From NCBI GenBank assembly GCA_965263355.1, contig CBDHHL010000032.1, positions 1,248,001 through 1,312,000 of the forward strand: a stretch of 64,000 nucleotides of DNA. Reading direction: 5' to 3'. The position numbers and the translations under genes are program-made. Of the stretch, positions 49,106-59,215 are shown one piece after another (the first letter of the stretch is position 1; each line of letters opens with the position of its first letter). The notes beneath the pieces are model-generated. The model made no database searches. It saw only the letters and a list, made by a program, of their open reading frames with translations, and had not been told where the DNA came from. This stretch comes from Leptolyngbyaceae cyanobacterium (GTDB lineage: Bacteria; Cyanobacteriota; Cyanobacteriia; Phormidesmidales; Phormidesmidaceae).

Positions 49106-51502
49106 GTGATGACCACAGATTACGAGCAGCTTGGTAAGTTTTATCTGGGTAAAGAGTACAGCCTACAAGACAATGAATTGCTAGAGCAGCTGGTTCTGTA
49201 CGATTCTCAGGACCTCACTACCCACGCCATGATTGTGGGTATGACGGGTAGTGGCAAAACAGGTTTAGGCATAGCGCTGTTAGAAGAAGCGCTGATGGAT
49301 AATATTCCACTGATTGCGATTGACCCTAAAGGTGACTTAGCAAATCTTTTGCTCACCTTTGATGAATTGAGCGCTGAACAGTTTCGCCCGTGGGTGGATG
49401 CCCAAGCGGCTGCGGCTGCAAGCATGACGGTAGATGACTATGCCCAGAGTCAAGCGGACTTGTGGTGTCAAGGGTTAAAACAATGGGGACAAGATCAGAC
49501 ACGGATTCAACAGCTACATCGTCAGGTGGAGATGGCTGTGTACACGCCAGGGAGTTCAGCGGGGCGTTCTATCAGTGTATTGCGGTCGTTTGATGTGCCG
49601 TCTGACGCGGTGATGGCCGATGGTGATTTGCGACGAGAGCGGATCCAAACGACGGTCACTAGTTTGTTGGCGCTATTGGGTATAGAGGCAGATCCCGTGA
49701 CCAGTCGAGAGCATAATTTGCTGGCTAATATTCTTGAGACCGTTTGGCATAAAGGCCAAAATATTGATCTTGCTGGGCTGATCCAGACTATCCAGTCACC
49801 ACCGTTTGAACAGATTGGGGTGTTGGATTTAGACATGTTTTATCCAGCTAAAGACCGGTTTAGTCTGGCTATGCAGCTCAATAATTTGCTGGCAGCGCCA
49901 GGGTTTGAAACCTGGCTTCAGGGAGAGCCTCTAGATATTCAACGATTGTTGTACAGCTTAGACGGTAAACCGCGTGCAGCCATTTTTAGCATTAATCATT
50001 TGAGTGACCGGGAGCGGATGTTCTTTGTAACGATGTTGCTGAATGCAGTACTAGGCTGGATGCGCACTCAATCGGGGACTGGCAGTTTACGGGCCCTGGT
50101 GTACATGGATGAGATTTTTGGCTATTTGCCTCCGGTGGCAAATCCGCCGTCTAAGTTGCCAATGTTAACCTTGTTAAAGCAGGCCCGTGCCTTTGGTGTG
50201 GGGTTGGTGCTGGCGACCCAAAACCCGGTGGATCTCGATTATAAGGCGCTATCAAACATGGGTACCTGGTTGGTTGGTCGGCTACAAACTGAACGAGACC
50301 AGGCACGGGTGGCCGAAGGGTTGCGCAGTGCTGCTACTGGGTTAGGCACCAACAAGCTGGAAACACTTTTAGGTGATTTGGGCAAACGGGTATTTTTGTT
50401 GCATAACGTCCATGAAGATCGACCGGTGATTTTTCAGACACGATGGGCAATGTCCTATTTATGTGGTCCACTGACGCGGGAGCAAATTAAGCGACTAGGA
50501 CAAGCTGCTAAACAGGTCGAGGGGACACAACTTAAAAAATCTGTTGATACATCTGTTGTGAATCAGACGTTAATAAAATCAGCCCCCCCTGTTTTGCCAG
50601 ACGATATTGAGGTGTACTACTTGCCGATTACCGGCCCAGGGGTGATCTACCAACCAGCGGTGTTCTTTGTGGCGGATGTGCACTATATCAGTAAGACCTA
50701 TGGTGTAGAAGAGACTCGCGCCATGACTCTGGCAGTGCCCATAGATGAAGATGACCCTGTAATGGTGGATTGGGATCGGGTGATGGACCTATCAGTAGCA
50801 CCTACAGATTTGGAGACAGAACCCTGGGCAGAGGCAACGTTTCGCGAGCTTCCAGCCAAAGCTAAGAAAGCGACTACCTTTCGAAAATGGCAAAAAGACT
50901 TTTTACGATATATGCGTCAGCATCGCAGGTTGACCCTATATCGGTCTAAATCACCAAAGTTAGTGAGTGATGTAGATGAGCCCAAGGCCGACTTTTTTGC
51001 TCGCTTACGACAGCAGCATCGAGAACGGCGAGATCAGGCGGTGACAAAACTGCGTCAGCGCTATGCCACCAAACTGAAAACGGCTGAAAATAAGCTACTG
51101 CGTGCAGAGCAAGTGGTTGAACGCGAAATCATGCAGGCCCGACAACAGCAGATGGACTCGGCGATTGCGGTAGGGTCTACTCTATTGGGGGCATTTATGG
51201 GACGTAAATCGGTTACGGGAGCAAAACGGGCTGTGCGTACGGCTAGTCGCATTGGCCAGTCACAGTTAGACATCCGGCAGGCAAAAGAGAAAGCCAATGT
51301 GATCCGAGATGATATTGCTGTTCTAGAAACCGAGCTACAACAAGAACTAACTGCGCTGGAGACAGAATTTCAGTTAGATAATCTGGTGGTTGAAGAGGTT
51401 GCGATCGCACCCAAATCCACCAACATTACCCAACATCTCTATGGGCTATTGTGGTTACCTTATCAGCCGGTTGAATCAGGTAACCTGAGGCCGATGTGGT
51501 AG
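49106..51502 (+). CDS. HerA/DUF87-like P-loop ATPase
   Basis: THAMIVGMTGSGKT, IDPKGD, YMDE, LLKQARAFGVGLVLATQNP; C-terminal coiled coil. Confidence 0.85.
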   Translation: MMTTDYEQLGKFYLGKEYSLQDNELLEQLVLYDSQDLTTHAMIVGMTGSGKTGLGIALLEEALMDNIPLIAIDPKGDLANLLLTFDELSAEQFRPWVDAQAAAAASMTVDDYAQSQADLWCQGLKQWGQDQTRIQQLHRQVEMAVYTPGSSAGRSISVLRSFDVPSDAVMADGDLRRERIQTTVTSLLALLGIEADPVTSREHNLLANILETVWHKGQNIDLAGLIQTIQSPPFEQIGVLDLDMFYPAKDRFSLAMQLNNLLAAPGFETWLQGEPLDIQRLLYSLDGKPRAAIFSINHLSDRERMFFVTMLLNAVLGWMRTQSGTGSLRALVYMDEIFGYLPPVANPPSKLPMLTLLKQARAFGVGLVLATQNPVDLDYKALSNMGTWLVGRLQTERDQARVAEGLRSAATGLGTNKLETLLGDLGKRVFLLHNVHEDRPVIFQTRWAMSYLCGPLTREQIKRLGQAAKQVEGTQLKKSVDTSVVNQTLIKSAPPVLPDDIEVYYLPITGPGVIYQPAVFFVADVHYISKTYGVEETRAMTLAVPIDEDDPVMVDWDRVMDLSVAPTDLETEPWAEATFRELPAKAKKATTFRKWQKDFLRYMRQHRRLTLYRSKSPKLVSDVDEPKADFFARLRQQHRERRDQAVTKLRQRYATKLKTAENKLLRAEQVVEREIMQARQQQMDSAIAVGSTLLGAFMGRKSVTGAKRAVRTASRIGQSQLDIRQAKEKANVIRDDIAVLETELQQELTALETEFQLDNLVVEEVAIAPKSTNITQHLYGLLWLPYQPVESGNLRPMW

Positions 51503-51514
51503 CCTTGTTATCGA

Positions 51515-51895
51515 CTACTGTCGATGCCGGTTGACAATACTGCCAGAGAGGAGTTGACAGCCTGCCATTCGCCAGCTCAAATCCGATTGTTGTTGCATAA
51601 CACAAAGCGCCCGCACCAGGTTGCCACCTTGGGTCATCAACATCATTTTTAACGTAGGTTGTTGCTGAGTGTATACAATCCCTTCAAAAATGACGGCTCG
51701 CGGATTATAGATGGGCTGATAATTTATTTTGATCATTTCTACAAACCCATGGGGAGTGCCAAACTGCCGTTGTAGTTCTGGACATGCCAGGGAAAAGGCT
51801 GTTACTATATCGTCGTTCTTAAAGGCGGACAACTGGCGTTCAACGATGGCGCGAATGTCCAGTTCATCTTGGGTTGAGAGATTATTGTTATACAC
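51515..51895 (-). CDS. DUF4864 family protein
   Basis: IRAIVERQLSAF...AFSLA...FVEMIKINY...WRMAGC pattern. Confidence 0.8.
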   Translation of the reverse strand: MYNNNLSTQDELDIRAIVERQLSAFKNDDIVTAFSLACPELQRQFGTPHGFVEMIKINYQPIYNPRAVIFEGIVYTQQQPTLKMMLMTQGGNLVRALCVMQQQSDLSWRMAGCQLLSGSIVNRHRQ

Positions 51896-52160
51896 AGTTG
51901 TTACTCTGCTGCTGTTATGGTAATTATTTGTTCAGGGATAATATCCTGGTAAATGGGAATTTGCGTAAGTTAGTCAACAACGGGGGCTCGTTGTTAACCC
52001 ATGAAATTTATCAAAATTAATAGTTGATATGGGAGAGTACTCCACTAAGTGCAAAAGCATCCCATTAAATAGGCATTCAATTATCATCTCAGTCAGAGTA
52101 GTTGAGATGTAATTTCAACAAATATCTTGATGTCTTATGACATCTTTAAACTAATAGGGT

Positions 52161-52230
52161 GGTGTCAAGCTTCACTCCCATCCCCTGACGGCTATCTTGG
52201 GGAAAACATCCCGCTTTAAGCTGTTACCCC
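52161..52230 (+). repeat. MITE-like repeat, short/degenerate copy 4
   Basis: GGTGTCAAGC ... TATCTTGGGGAAAACATCCCGCTTTAAGCTGTTACCCC matches the right half of the family. Confidence 0.55.
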
Positions 52231-52332
52231 AAAAACATTACAAATGATTAAACTAGTCCTGGTGGCAAATCCAGGTTCGATTGCTCAAATCTAAACGTCG
52301 GGTTGCTGCCAACTGTTTCTGTTGCGAAATAT

Positions 52333-53313
52333 ATGCCTGCCATAGCAGTGAAAAACCTGACCAAGGTTTATCCAGTTCCCATTAAACAGCCTGGGTTAGC
52401 GGGCACACTACGCCACTTTTTTCGGCGTCAATATCGTCAGGTCAAGGCGGTTAACGGCGTATCGTTTGCTGTGGAACCTGGTGAAATTGTTGGTTTTCTA
52501 GGTCCCAACGGGGCGGGCAAAACGACCACCTTAAAAATGTTGACCGGCTTAATTTATCCATCGTCAGGTCAAGTCAGGGTGACCGGACATGTACCGTTTC
52601 AACGGCAGCGTTCTTTTTTAGAGCAAATCACCTTGGTGATGGGGCAAAAGCAGCAATTGATTTGGGATCTACCCGCATTAGACTCATTGCGGATCAATGG
52701 GGCTATTTACGAACTCTCTAACCAGGAACTGCGCGATCGCATCCATGAGCTAGCTGAAATGCTGGATCTAACCGATAAACTAACCCAGCCCGTGCGTAAG
52801 CTTTCCTTGGGAGAACGGATGAAGGCTGAAATGCTGGCAGCTCTGTTGCATCGTCCCAAAGTACTCTTTCTGGACGAGCCTACCCTGGGCTTAGATGTCA
52901 ATGCCCAAATGGCCGTTCGAAAATTTTTGCAGATTTACAACCAGCGCTATCAGGCCACGATTATATTAACCAGCCACTACATGGCTGATATCACTGCACT
53001 GTGCGATCGCGTTTTACTAATTTACCAAGGACAGCTTATCTATGACGGCTCCTTAACCAGTTTGGTGGAAAAATTTGCCCCCTATCGTGAAGTCACCGCT
53101 GAGCTTGCCCAGGAAATCCCCGCTGAATCTTTAGCCGCCTATGGTGAAATTCAGTCCCTTGAGGGCTGCAAAGTTGTCCTGCTAGTTCGTCGAGACGAGC
53201 TGACCAAAACCGTATCCCAGGCCCTAGCCCAATTACCATTGCGTGACCTAACGGTAACCGACCCGCCAATTGAAGATGTTATTGGCAAAGTATTTGATGC
53301 AGGAAGCGTTTAG
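52333..53313 (+). CDS. ABC transporter ATP-binding protein (ABC-2 type)
   Basis: GPNGAGKTT, LSLGERMK, LFLDEPTLGLD, TSH; ATG at 52333. Confidence 0.93.
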   Translation: MPAIAVKNLTKVYPVPIKQPGLAGTLRHFFRRQYRQVKAVNGVSFAVEPGEIVGFLGPNGAGKTTTLKMLTGLIYPSSGQVRVTGHVPFQRQRSFLEQITLVMGQKQQLIWDLPALDSLRINGAIYELSNQELRDRIHELAEMLDLTDKLTQPVRKLSLGERMKAEMLAALLHRPKVLFLDEPTLGLDVNAQMAVRKFLQIYNQRYQATIILTSHYMADITALCDRVLLIYQGQLIYDGSLTSLVEKFAPYREVTAELAQEIPAESLAAYGEIQSLEGCKVVLLVRRDELTKTVSQALAQLPLRDLTVTDPPIEDVIGKVFDAGSV

Positions 53314-53326
53314 ACAACACCAAGTC

Positions 53327-53430
53327 GGGTATCAACTTACACCAGGAAATTTCGGTTAGGTCAGAATTCGAAATTCCGAACTTCAAACTCTACACTATTG
53401 AGGCAATCATCCCGCTTGACCTTGATACCT
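53327..53430 (+). repeat. MITE-like repeat, copy 5
   Basis: GGGTATCAACTTA...GGAAATTTCGGTTAGG ... CATCCCGCTTGACCTTGATACC. Confidence 0.65.
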
Positions 53431-53539
53431 TCAAATCCGAGTTCATTAATCTCAATTGACAATGCATCATCCGGTAGGGGCATTCCCTTGTGGATACCCT
53501 GCGATATTAGTCGCTACCAACCAGGATTTTGCATCACCA

Positions 53540-54127
53540 TTAACCCCCGTCTCCAATAAAAGGAGTACCCCAAAATTTCCAATTTTCCTTGTTAAAAGGC
53601 GATCTCCACTTATATATGAGAGATGATTCAATGGCTTGACGTAGACGACGATCAGCCGGAGCACGACGCCAAAAAGCAATACCTAGCTGACTCTCTAGAT
53701 TGTAATGATAGTGAGTCTGACGATAGTTCATCAGATAGCGTTTACAATCATGTTCCCCTTTCCAACGCTGATTTGACTTGACCGTTTCGCCGACATATAA
53801 AAGTAGCTCACTCTGATAATCGATCACAAAGTAAAGGGCAGCCACACCCACATCCCTAAATTGCCACCGCCAAAACTCTGTATTTTGCTGAGGCAATGTA
53901 AAGGGAGCAATTGTTTCAGCAGGGTCAATTGTCGCCGCAAATAAGCTAGTTTGCTCCATAGCTGGTGACACTTTGGCAGCCCTTTGGAAAGTGGCCACTT
54001 TCTGTTTCCAGGCCATTAGTTCATGTTGACCTAGATATGTCTGAGTTTGAAAATTCTGATATTGAGACCGGCTAACAGCCTGTTGCTCCGCTTCACTAAA
54101 CAGGGATGCCTGTTTTCGAGTACCCAT
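53540..54127 (-). CDS. GIY-YIG nuclease family protein
   Basis: ALYF...LLYVGET...RW...H and ESSLI...PFN motifs. Confidence 0.78.
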   Translation of the reverse strand: MGTRKQASLFSEAEQQAVSRSQYQNFQTQTYLGQHELMAWKQKVATFQRAAKVSPAMEQTSLFAATIDPAETIAPFTLPQQNTEFWRWQFRDVGVAALYFVIDYQSELLLYVGETVKSNQRWKGEHDCKRYLMNYRQTHYHYNLESQLGIAFWRRAPADRRLRQAIESSLIYKWRSPFNKENWKFWGTPFIGDGG

Positions 54128-54666
54128 GGACGTACTCCAACGTAAACGCTAGATATAGTGTAATGATCCGTTTGATAAACCATCATACCTCTCCATCTAG
54201 CATCAACAATACCTACTTTACAATTCCTACGATAAATCTGTCCTAAACCTAAATTTAGTCTGGAAAGTTAACCATAGACCTTGTAATAGGTACTATCGAC
54301 ATCGGCCTACTAATCTTCTAAGTCATTAATATTGGCTTACTAATGTTCCAAGTAACGGCACGTCATGCATAATGATCTAAAAGTAGCCCTACATTATGAA
54401 GACATCTACTAAATCTAAGGGTGAGTTTGTATTGTTTCTGTAGGTACCATCGTTAGATTGTGTCGGGGTCTGCGGTTACTACTTAAAATTATGTAGAGTC
54501 GAGGGTGGCTACCGAGTAAATGCTGTGCTGAGCTAGCAATCATTTAGGCGTTACTCGTTAGGCTCAGTCAATGGAACAGTATATAAATATCCCATCTGAT
54601 AGAACTTTTGGGCAATCTAAAGTTGCCGATAATTCTCCCAGTCTGTTGTAAGTATTGCTATAGATT

Positions 54667-55656
54667 ATGGTCGATAGTGTTAAGACATCCTCTTTTGTTT
54701 CAGCGGTAGTTCAATCGGAGTTTCAAACCATTCAGCTACCCGTCAGTGTGGCGGTGGTTGAAGCGACAGCATTTAAGAAGCAATGTCAAACGCTTTTTGC
54801 TGAGCAACCCGATTTGTCTGAACTGGTGTTAGATTTTTCGGCAACACGTTTTATTGATAGTAGCGGCATTGGTGCCCTAGTTATCTGTCACCGTTTGAGT
54901 GCTGCTAAAGGCTGCAAACTTCGGTTAGTTAATGTCACACCTCAGGTGATGATGGTACTGTCATTAACTGAGTTGGATAAAGTATTTGACATTACTCTGG
55001 CTGCCACAGATAGTGCTGACCCAGGGGATCAGGCTTTACCTGAAACTCATCCCTCAGTGAATTCTAGGACAAAGCGGGCGCTTGACATTTTAGGCGCATT
55101 GGTGGGGTTATTCTTGACTGCTCTGGTTTATGTACCCGTTGCAATCATTATCAAATTGGATGATGGTGGTCCCATATTTTTTGCCCAGACTCGTTGTTCT
55201 TGGCTTGGTAAGCGGTTCAAGATCTGGAAGTTTCGTTCCATGGTGACGAACGCCGAAGCCCTTAAGAGCAAGGTGGCCAATCAAGTGGAAGGTCCGCTGT
55301 TCAAGAATGAAAACGATCCTCGGATTACCAAGATTGGGCATTTCCTTCGTAAAACTAGTTTGGATGAATTCCCTCAGTTTTGGAATGTGCTCAAAGGTGA
55401 CATGAGTCTGGTGGGAACCCGCCCTCCGACACCGGATGAAATTGAGCAGTATGAAGTGGGCGCATGGCAGCGTCTGAATGTTAAGCCAGGCATGACAGGT
55501 GAATGGCAGGTGAATGGTCGTTCCAGTATTACTAAGTTTGAAGATGTCATCAAACTAGACCTGCGCTATCAAGAGAACTGGAGTTTCTTCTACGACATTA
55601 AGCTAATCGTCAAGACTGTTCTAGTTCTGTTTAGTAAAGAGTCCGGTGCTCACTAG
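54667..55656 (+). CDS. STAS (anti-sigma antagonist) - bacterial sugar transferase fusion
   Basis: LDFSATRFIDSSGIGAL STAS motif; KRALDI, KFRSM, DPRIT, LRKTSLDEFPQ, SLVGTRP, KPGMTG. Confidence 0.92.
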   Translation: MVDSVKTSSFVSAVVQSEFQTIQLPVSVAVVEATAFKKQCQTLFAEQPDLSELVLDFSATRFIDSSGIGALVICHRLSAAKGCKLRLVNVTPQVMMVLSLTELDKVFDITLAATDSADPGDQALPETHPSVNSRTKRALDILGALVGLFLTALVYVPVAIIIKLDDGGPIFFAQTRCSWLGKRFKIWKFRSMVTNAEALKSKVANQVEGPLFKNENDPRITKIGHFLRKTSLDEFPQFWNVLKGDMSLVGTRPPTPDEIEQYEVGAWQRLNVKPGMTGEWQVNGRSSITKFEDVIKLDLRYQENWSFFYDIKLIVKTVLVLFSKESGAH

Positions 55657-55695
55657 AGCCTTTTGGATACTATCTGGAAAACTAGAGAAGGACTG

Positions 55696-55736
55696 AAAAA
55701 AGGCGTGATGGATTTCGACCCATCACGCCTTTTTTT
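55696..55736. terminator. Bidirectional intrinsic terminator
   Basis: AAAAA-AGGCGTGATGG-loop-CCATCACGCCT-TTTTTT between convergent genes. Confidence 0.85.
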
Positions 55737-55755
55737 ACTTTACGCTAACCTTAAG

Positions 55756-56157
55756 TTAACCAACCTCTACTTGGCTAGTGTCTACAGCAGTAGTGCCATC
55801 AACGTCTTTGGCAACAGCAACCATTTTGTCGAGAATGGCTTGGCTGGGAACTTTACCTTTAAGGACGACTTTGCTGCTCAGCTGAGCGACCCAAAGGGTA
55901 TCAACATCATCTAGCTGAGAATCTTCATCGAAAGCAAGGGCAACGCGCTTAGCTAAGCCACTTTCGTCAAATTCACCAGTAAGGCCAACTTTGTAATCAG
56001 GAATATCATCTTCTGCAGCGGCTGCAGGAGCATTACTAGCAGCAGCGGTGGGCGCAGCAGCGGCTGGAGCAGAATTTCTGCCTTTAGGACGGCGACCGAC
56101 CTTAGTGCTAGCACCCGCAGGCTTGTCCTGCTTGAACATACGTTTTAGAAAACCCAT
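55756..56157 (-). CDS. BON domain protein
   Basis: GLAKRVALAFD...VVLKGKV...VDGTTAVDTSQV BON pattern after an Ala/Pro-rich linker. Confidence 0.82.
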   Translation of the reverse strand: MGFLKRMFKQDKPAGASTKVGRRPKGRNSAPAAAAPTAAASNAPAAAAEDDIPDYKVGLTGEFDESGLAKRVALAFDEDSQLDDVDTLWVAQLSSKVVLKGKVPSQAILDKMVAVAKDVDGTTAVDTSQVEVG

Positions 56158-56385
56158 GAAAATTTCCTACGTGAATACCACAAGTGAGTAGAACAAATGC
56201 CTCACAATGACAAGCGTAGCGGTTGGCTTTTGATCTCACCCACATCTTCAGAATCAAATAACGTTAATGACGTTGGATGGCGTATTTTTTCTGCGCTAGA
56301 TGGTAGATTTTTAGACTTCCGGAATTGTCGTAGTGCGTAATCACCAGGGGTGACGTTGAAGGAACTTGCTATAGTCTGAACACGG

Positions 56386-57456
56386 TTGCACAGGATGTTT
56401 TCGACAAAGCGAACCATGGTGCGAGATGGGATGCAAACGTTGACGAATCGCTATTTTGGCGGGCGGCGGGTGTCGCCTATGGCGCTAAAACATATGCGCG
56501 ATAGCTTGATGGATGATTCGGAGTTGAATCGTGACTATGTGGTGATGACCATTGGCGCGTGCATTATTGCGACGCTGGGTCTGTTGTCAGATAGTGCGGC
56601 GGTGATTATTGGGGCGATGCTGGTGGCTCCCTTGATGTTACCGATCCGTGGCATGGCCTTTGGTTTTTTGGAAGGCGATGTTGAGTTAATTCAGGAAGGG
56701 GTTAAGGCGCTGGGGATAGGGACTGCGATCGCAATTGCCCTGTCCACCGCCCTGGGGATGATGCTGGGCCTCTCAGAATATGGTGCTGAGGTCTGGGCAC
56801 GCTCAGAACCGACGCTGCTGGACCTGGGGATTGCGATTACGGCTGGCGGTATTAGCGGCTTTGCTAAGGTACAGCCAAAGATTTCAAATACGTTGTCGGG
56901 GACTGCGATCGCAGTCGCCTTAATGCCACCGGTATGTGTAATTGGCCTAGGGTTGGCCCAGGGCAAACTGGGGCTAAGTCAGGGAGCGCTCCTACTCTAT
57001 TTGACCAATTTAATTGGTATTACCCTGGCCTGTATGCTGGCCTTTTGGCTGACGGGGTATGCCCTGTTTCAAAAAGCGCGCAAGCCTCTCAGATATATAC
57101 TACTGATTACAGCCGCGTTGATTTTTCCATTGGCGATCAGTTTAGTAGAGTTAGTCCGGCAAAATCGTTTGGAAGATGATGTGCGGGATGTCTTGGTCAA
57201 TGGCACATTAACCTTTCAACGTTCAGAGCTGGTCGATAGTGATATTAACTGGCGGACAAACCCACCAGAAGTTCGCTTGAAGGTGTATAGCACAGAACCG
57301 GTGACACCAAAGCAGGTACAACTGTTAGAAGACTATGTGGAAGATCGAATGGATCGAGAGCTTAAACTGATCTTTCGGGTAAGTGAGGTAGAAGAGGTAA
57401 CCAGAGACGAGGCACAGCCCGCCAGTGCAGAGCCAGTCACTACTGAAGAGGAATAA
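56386..57456 (+). CDS. DUF389 family membrane protein
   Basis: IATLGLL.DSAAVIIGAMLVAPLMLPI and GTAIAVALMPP; the true start may be slightly downstream. Confidence 0.88.
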   Translation: MHRMFSTKRTMVRDGMQTLTNRYFGGRRVSPMALKHMRDSLMDDSELNRDYVVMTIGACIIATLGLLSDSAAVIIGAMLVAPLMLPIRGMAFGFLEGDVELIQEGVKALGIGTAIAIALSTALGMMLGLSEYGAEVWARSEPTLLDLGIAITAGGISGFAKVQPKISNTLSGTAIAVALMPPVCVIGLGLAQGKLGLSQGALLLYLTNLIGITLACMLAFWLTGYALFQKARKPLRYILLITAALIFPLAISLVELVRQNRLEDDVRDVLVNGTLTFQRSELVDSDINWRTNPPEVRLKVYSTEPVTPKQVQLLEDYVEDRMDRELKLIFRVSEVEEVTRDEAQPASAEPVTTEEE

Positions 57457-57464
57457 TCGAGCCT

Positions 57465-57528
57465 GTAGGTGCACGCCCTTGTGGATGCCCCATTTTACCG
57501 TAGGGCACGCCCTTGTAGATGCCCCTAC
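57465..57528 (+). repeat. Tandem GTAG-type REP-like elements (similar unit at 53474-53500)
   Basis: GTAGGTGCACGCCCTTGTGGATGCCCC followed by GTAGGGCACGCCCTTGTAGATGCCCCTAC. Confidence 0.6.
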
Positions 57529-57610
57529 GGACTGATGCATTTTAATCGGGATTAATCAATTTGGAGTTGGTGTTAGGCGTCTGCATGAAAATAATGTACC
57601 GTTTTGAAAC

Positions 57611-58210
57611 ATGTTTGAGATCTACAGTTATATATTTAGCAAGTATTTTGAGCTAACGGCTGATCCGGAGGATATTTTTGCGGAGTTGGGAGCCATCTTC
57701 AAAAAGCAAGCATTACAGCTACCGGCTGCATCAGAAGGGCTTGATTTTTTACCCACCCTAGAAAAAAGACTTATTCAAACACTTGAACTGGTTGATTTAA
57801 CTAGTGAAATGGCACGACGAGAGACTTTAATTGCGCCTGTTTTGTTAGAGGTTTGTGCGCAAACACACCAACAACTCAAAATTGAGTATGCAGTCGATGT
57901 GAGTAAATGGCTGCGGAGCAGTTTTGATTATTTTATTCCTAGTGCTCAAAATTTACTGATTATTGAAGCGAAGTAGGCAGATTTGGCGCGAGGATTTGTG
58001 CAGCTTGGGGCGGAGTTGATTGCGTTAGACCAGTGGACTCGTTCGGATAATCCATTGTTATATGGGGCGATTACTACGGGAGATGCTTGGAAGTTTGGCT
58101 GTTTTGAACGAGCAAGCAGAGTACTACGGCAAGATATTGGTTTGTATGCAGTTCCTTCTGATTTAAAGCAGCTGGTAGCCATTTTACTCGGGATTATTCA
58201 AGGCTATTAA
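57611..58210 (+). pseudogene. PD-(D/E)XK-like cyanobacterial protein interrupted by an in-frame TAG
   Basis: ORFs 57611-57976 and 57983-58210 share one frame: ...FDY...IIEAK*ADLARGFVQLGAELIALDQW...YGAITTGDAWKF. Confidence 0.8.
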
Positions 58211-58666
58211 TAAGGGCTACACCCAATTCTCACCAGTTAGTCCAGGTACAGTAAAAACTCTTTTTTATGGTTGGTGACTAGACTAATATCTAGCTTTCAT
58301 AAAGTCATCGGAAAAAACAATGGGTAAGAGAGAATTCAGATCAGTACTGTCCTGTTTGTAGTCAGCGATTTTCAGAACGTGATGGTCGTACCATTGATCA
58401 TAAACTGCCGCGTGCTCAATACCTCTGGTTATCCCTCGATTTTCGAAATCTTTGGGTGATTTGTCGTGTCTGCAATCAAGAGAAAGGTGAGCGTCATTGG
58501 TATGAGTATGAACACTATATACTTATCAATCATCCTGAGTACTATCAGGATGTTGCTATATTTCGACCGCGACAGTTACTCAAAAACCTGTAGACGTTGT
58601 GTTACCTGAATGCACTCTGTTAAAATTATTGATTGCCCATCTCCTCAACATTTCATAATTTATTTC

Positions 58667-58695
58667 TTGACTCCCTAGATCAACTGCTCTACCGT
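58667..58695 (+). promoter_or_regulatory. Putative sigma70 promoter
   Basis: TTGACT - 17 nt - TACCGT directly before the structured leader. Confidence 0.55.
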
Positions 58696-58701
58696 AAACA
58701 A

Positions 58702-58904
58702 CAGGTCCGCGAGACCTTCAGAACTCAACCCCTTAGCGCTATCGGCAGGTGCTAGCAACACCCGCCGACAGCTAACCTAGCAAGCTGATCAGGCCAGCTT
58801 GAAGGCTAATGTTAAATGTACCTTAGCCCTTCCAGTTTGCAACTCTTGCAGGACGGCTAAGGCTTGAGTTTTGGTCCATAGGCCAGGTAAATCGTTACCT
58901 GGCC
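58702..58904 (+). ncRNA. Candidate structured leader or small RNA
   Basis: Five hairpins plus an enclosing long-range stem, 58719-58728 / 58864-58873 (see findings). Confidence 0.45.
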
Positions 58905-58934
58905 ACCTATCCACCTACAAAGGCGACCAAAACC

Positions 58935-59180
58935 ATGTTCCAAGACACCAACCAGGGCGCAGGCGCGGCCAATCTTCCCCCTGCCCACAATCCCCTCCCC
59001 GACTACGAGTTTGACATCGTCCGACACACCCTGTTCGGCACCCTAGACGCCGTCCAAAACACCATCAAACTCCTCCACAAGCTCAACTACGCCGACCCCA
59101 ACGACTGGAGCCGCCCCCTGCCCACCGGTCGCGTTAACGAAGTCATGGCCATTTTGACCAAACGAGTCCGAGTTGGATAA
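58935..59180 (+). CDS. Small hypothetical protein of cyanobacterial type
   Basis: AAAGG RBS-like sequence, ATG start, and the motif IKLLHKLNYADPNDWSRPLP...EVMAILT. Confidence 0.7.
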   Translation: MFQDTNQGAGAANLPPAHNPLPDYEFDIVRHTLFGTLDAVQNTIKLLHKLNYADPNDWSRPLPTGRVNEVMAILTKRVRVG

Positions 59181-59215
59181 ACAGATTCTGACTAGGTGCG
59201 TTGTAACGTAAACGT

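Noticed and set aside
52303..53313. ABC ATPase without adjacent permease as a novel system
   Set aside because: Split ABC-2 loci are common in cyanobacteria; the permeases are probably elsewhere in the genome.
56190..56203. AGAACAAATGCCTC as a LexA box upstream of the BON gene
   Set aside because: Only one half-site matches.
57465..57528. Possible mini CRISPR array
   Set aside because: Only two degenerate units separated by 8 nt, with no spacers or cas genes; fits REP-like repeats.
57974..57976. Selenocysteine or pyrrolysine recoding, suggested by selD in the window
   Set aside because: The codon is TAG, not TGA, and no pyl or selAB genes are visible; a simple nonsense mutation is more parsimonious.
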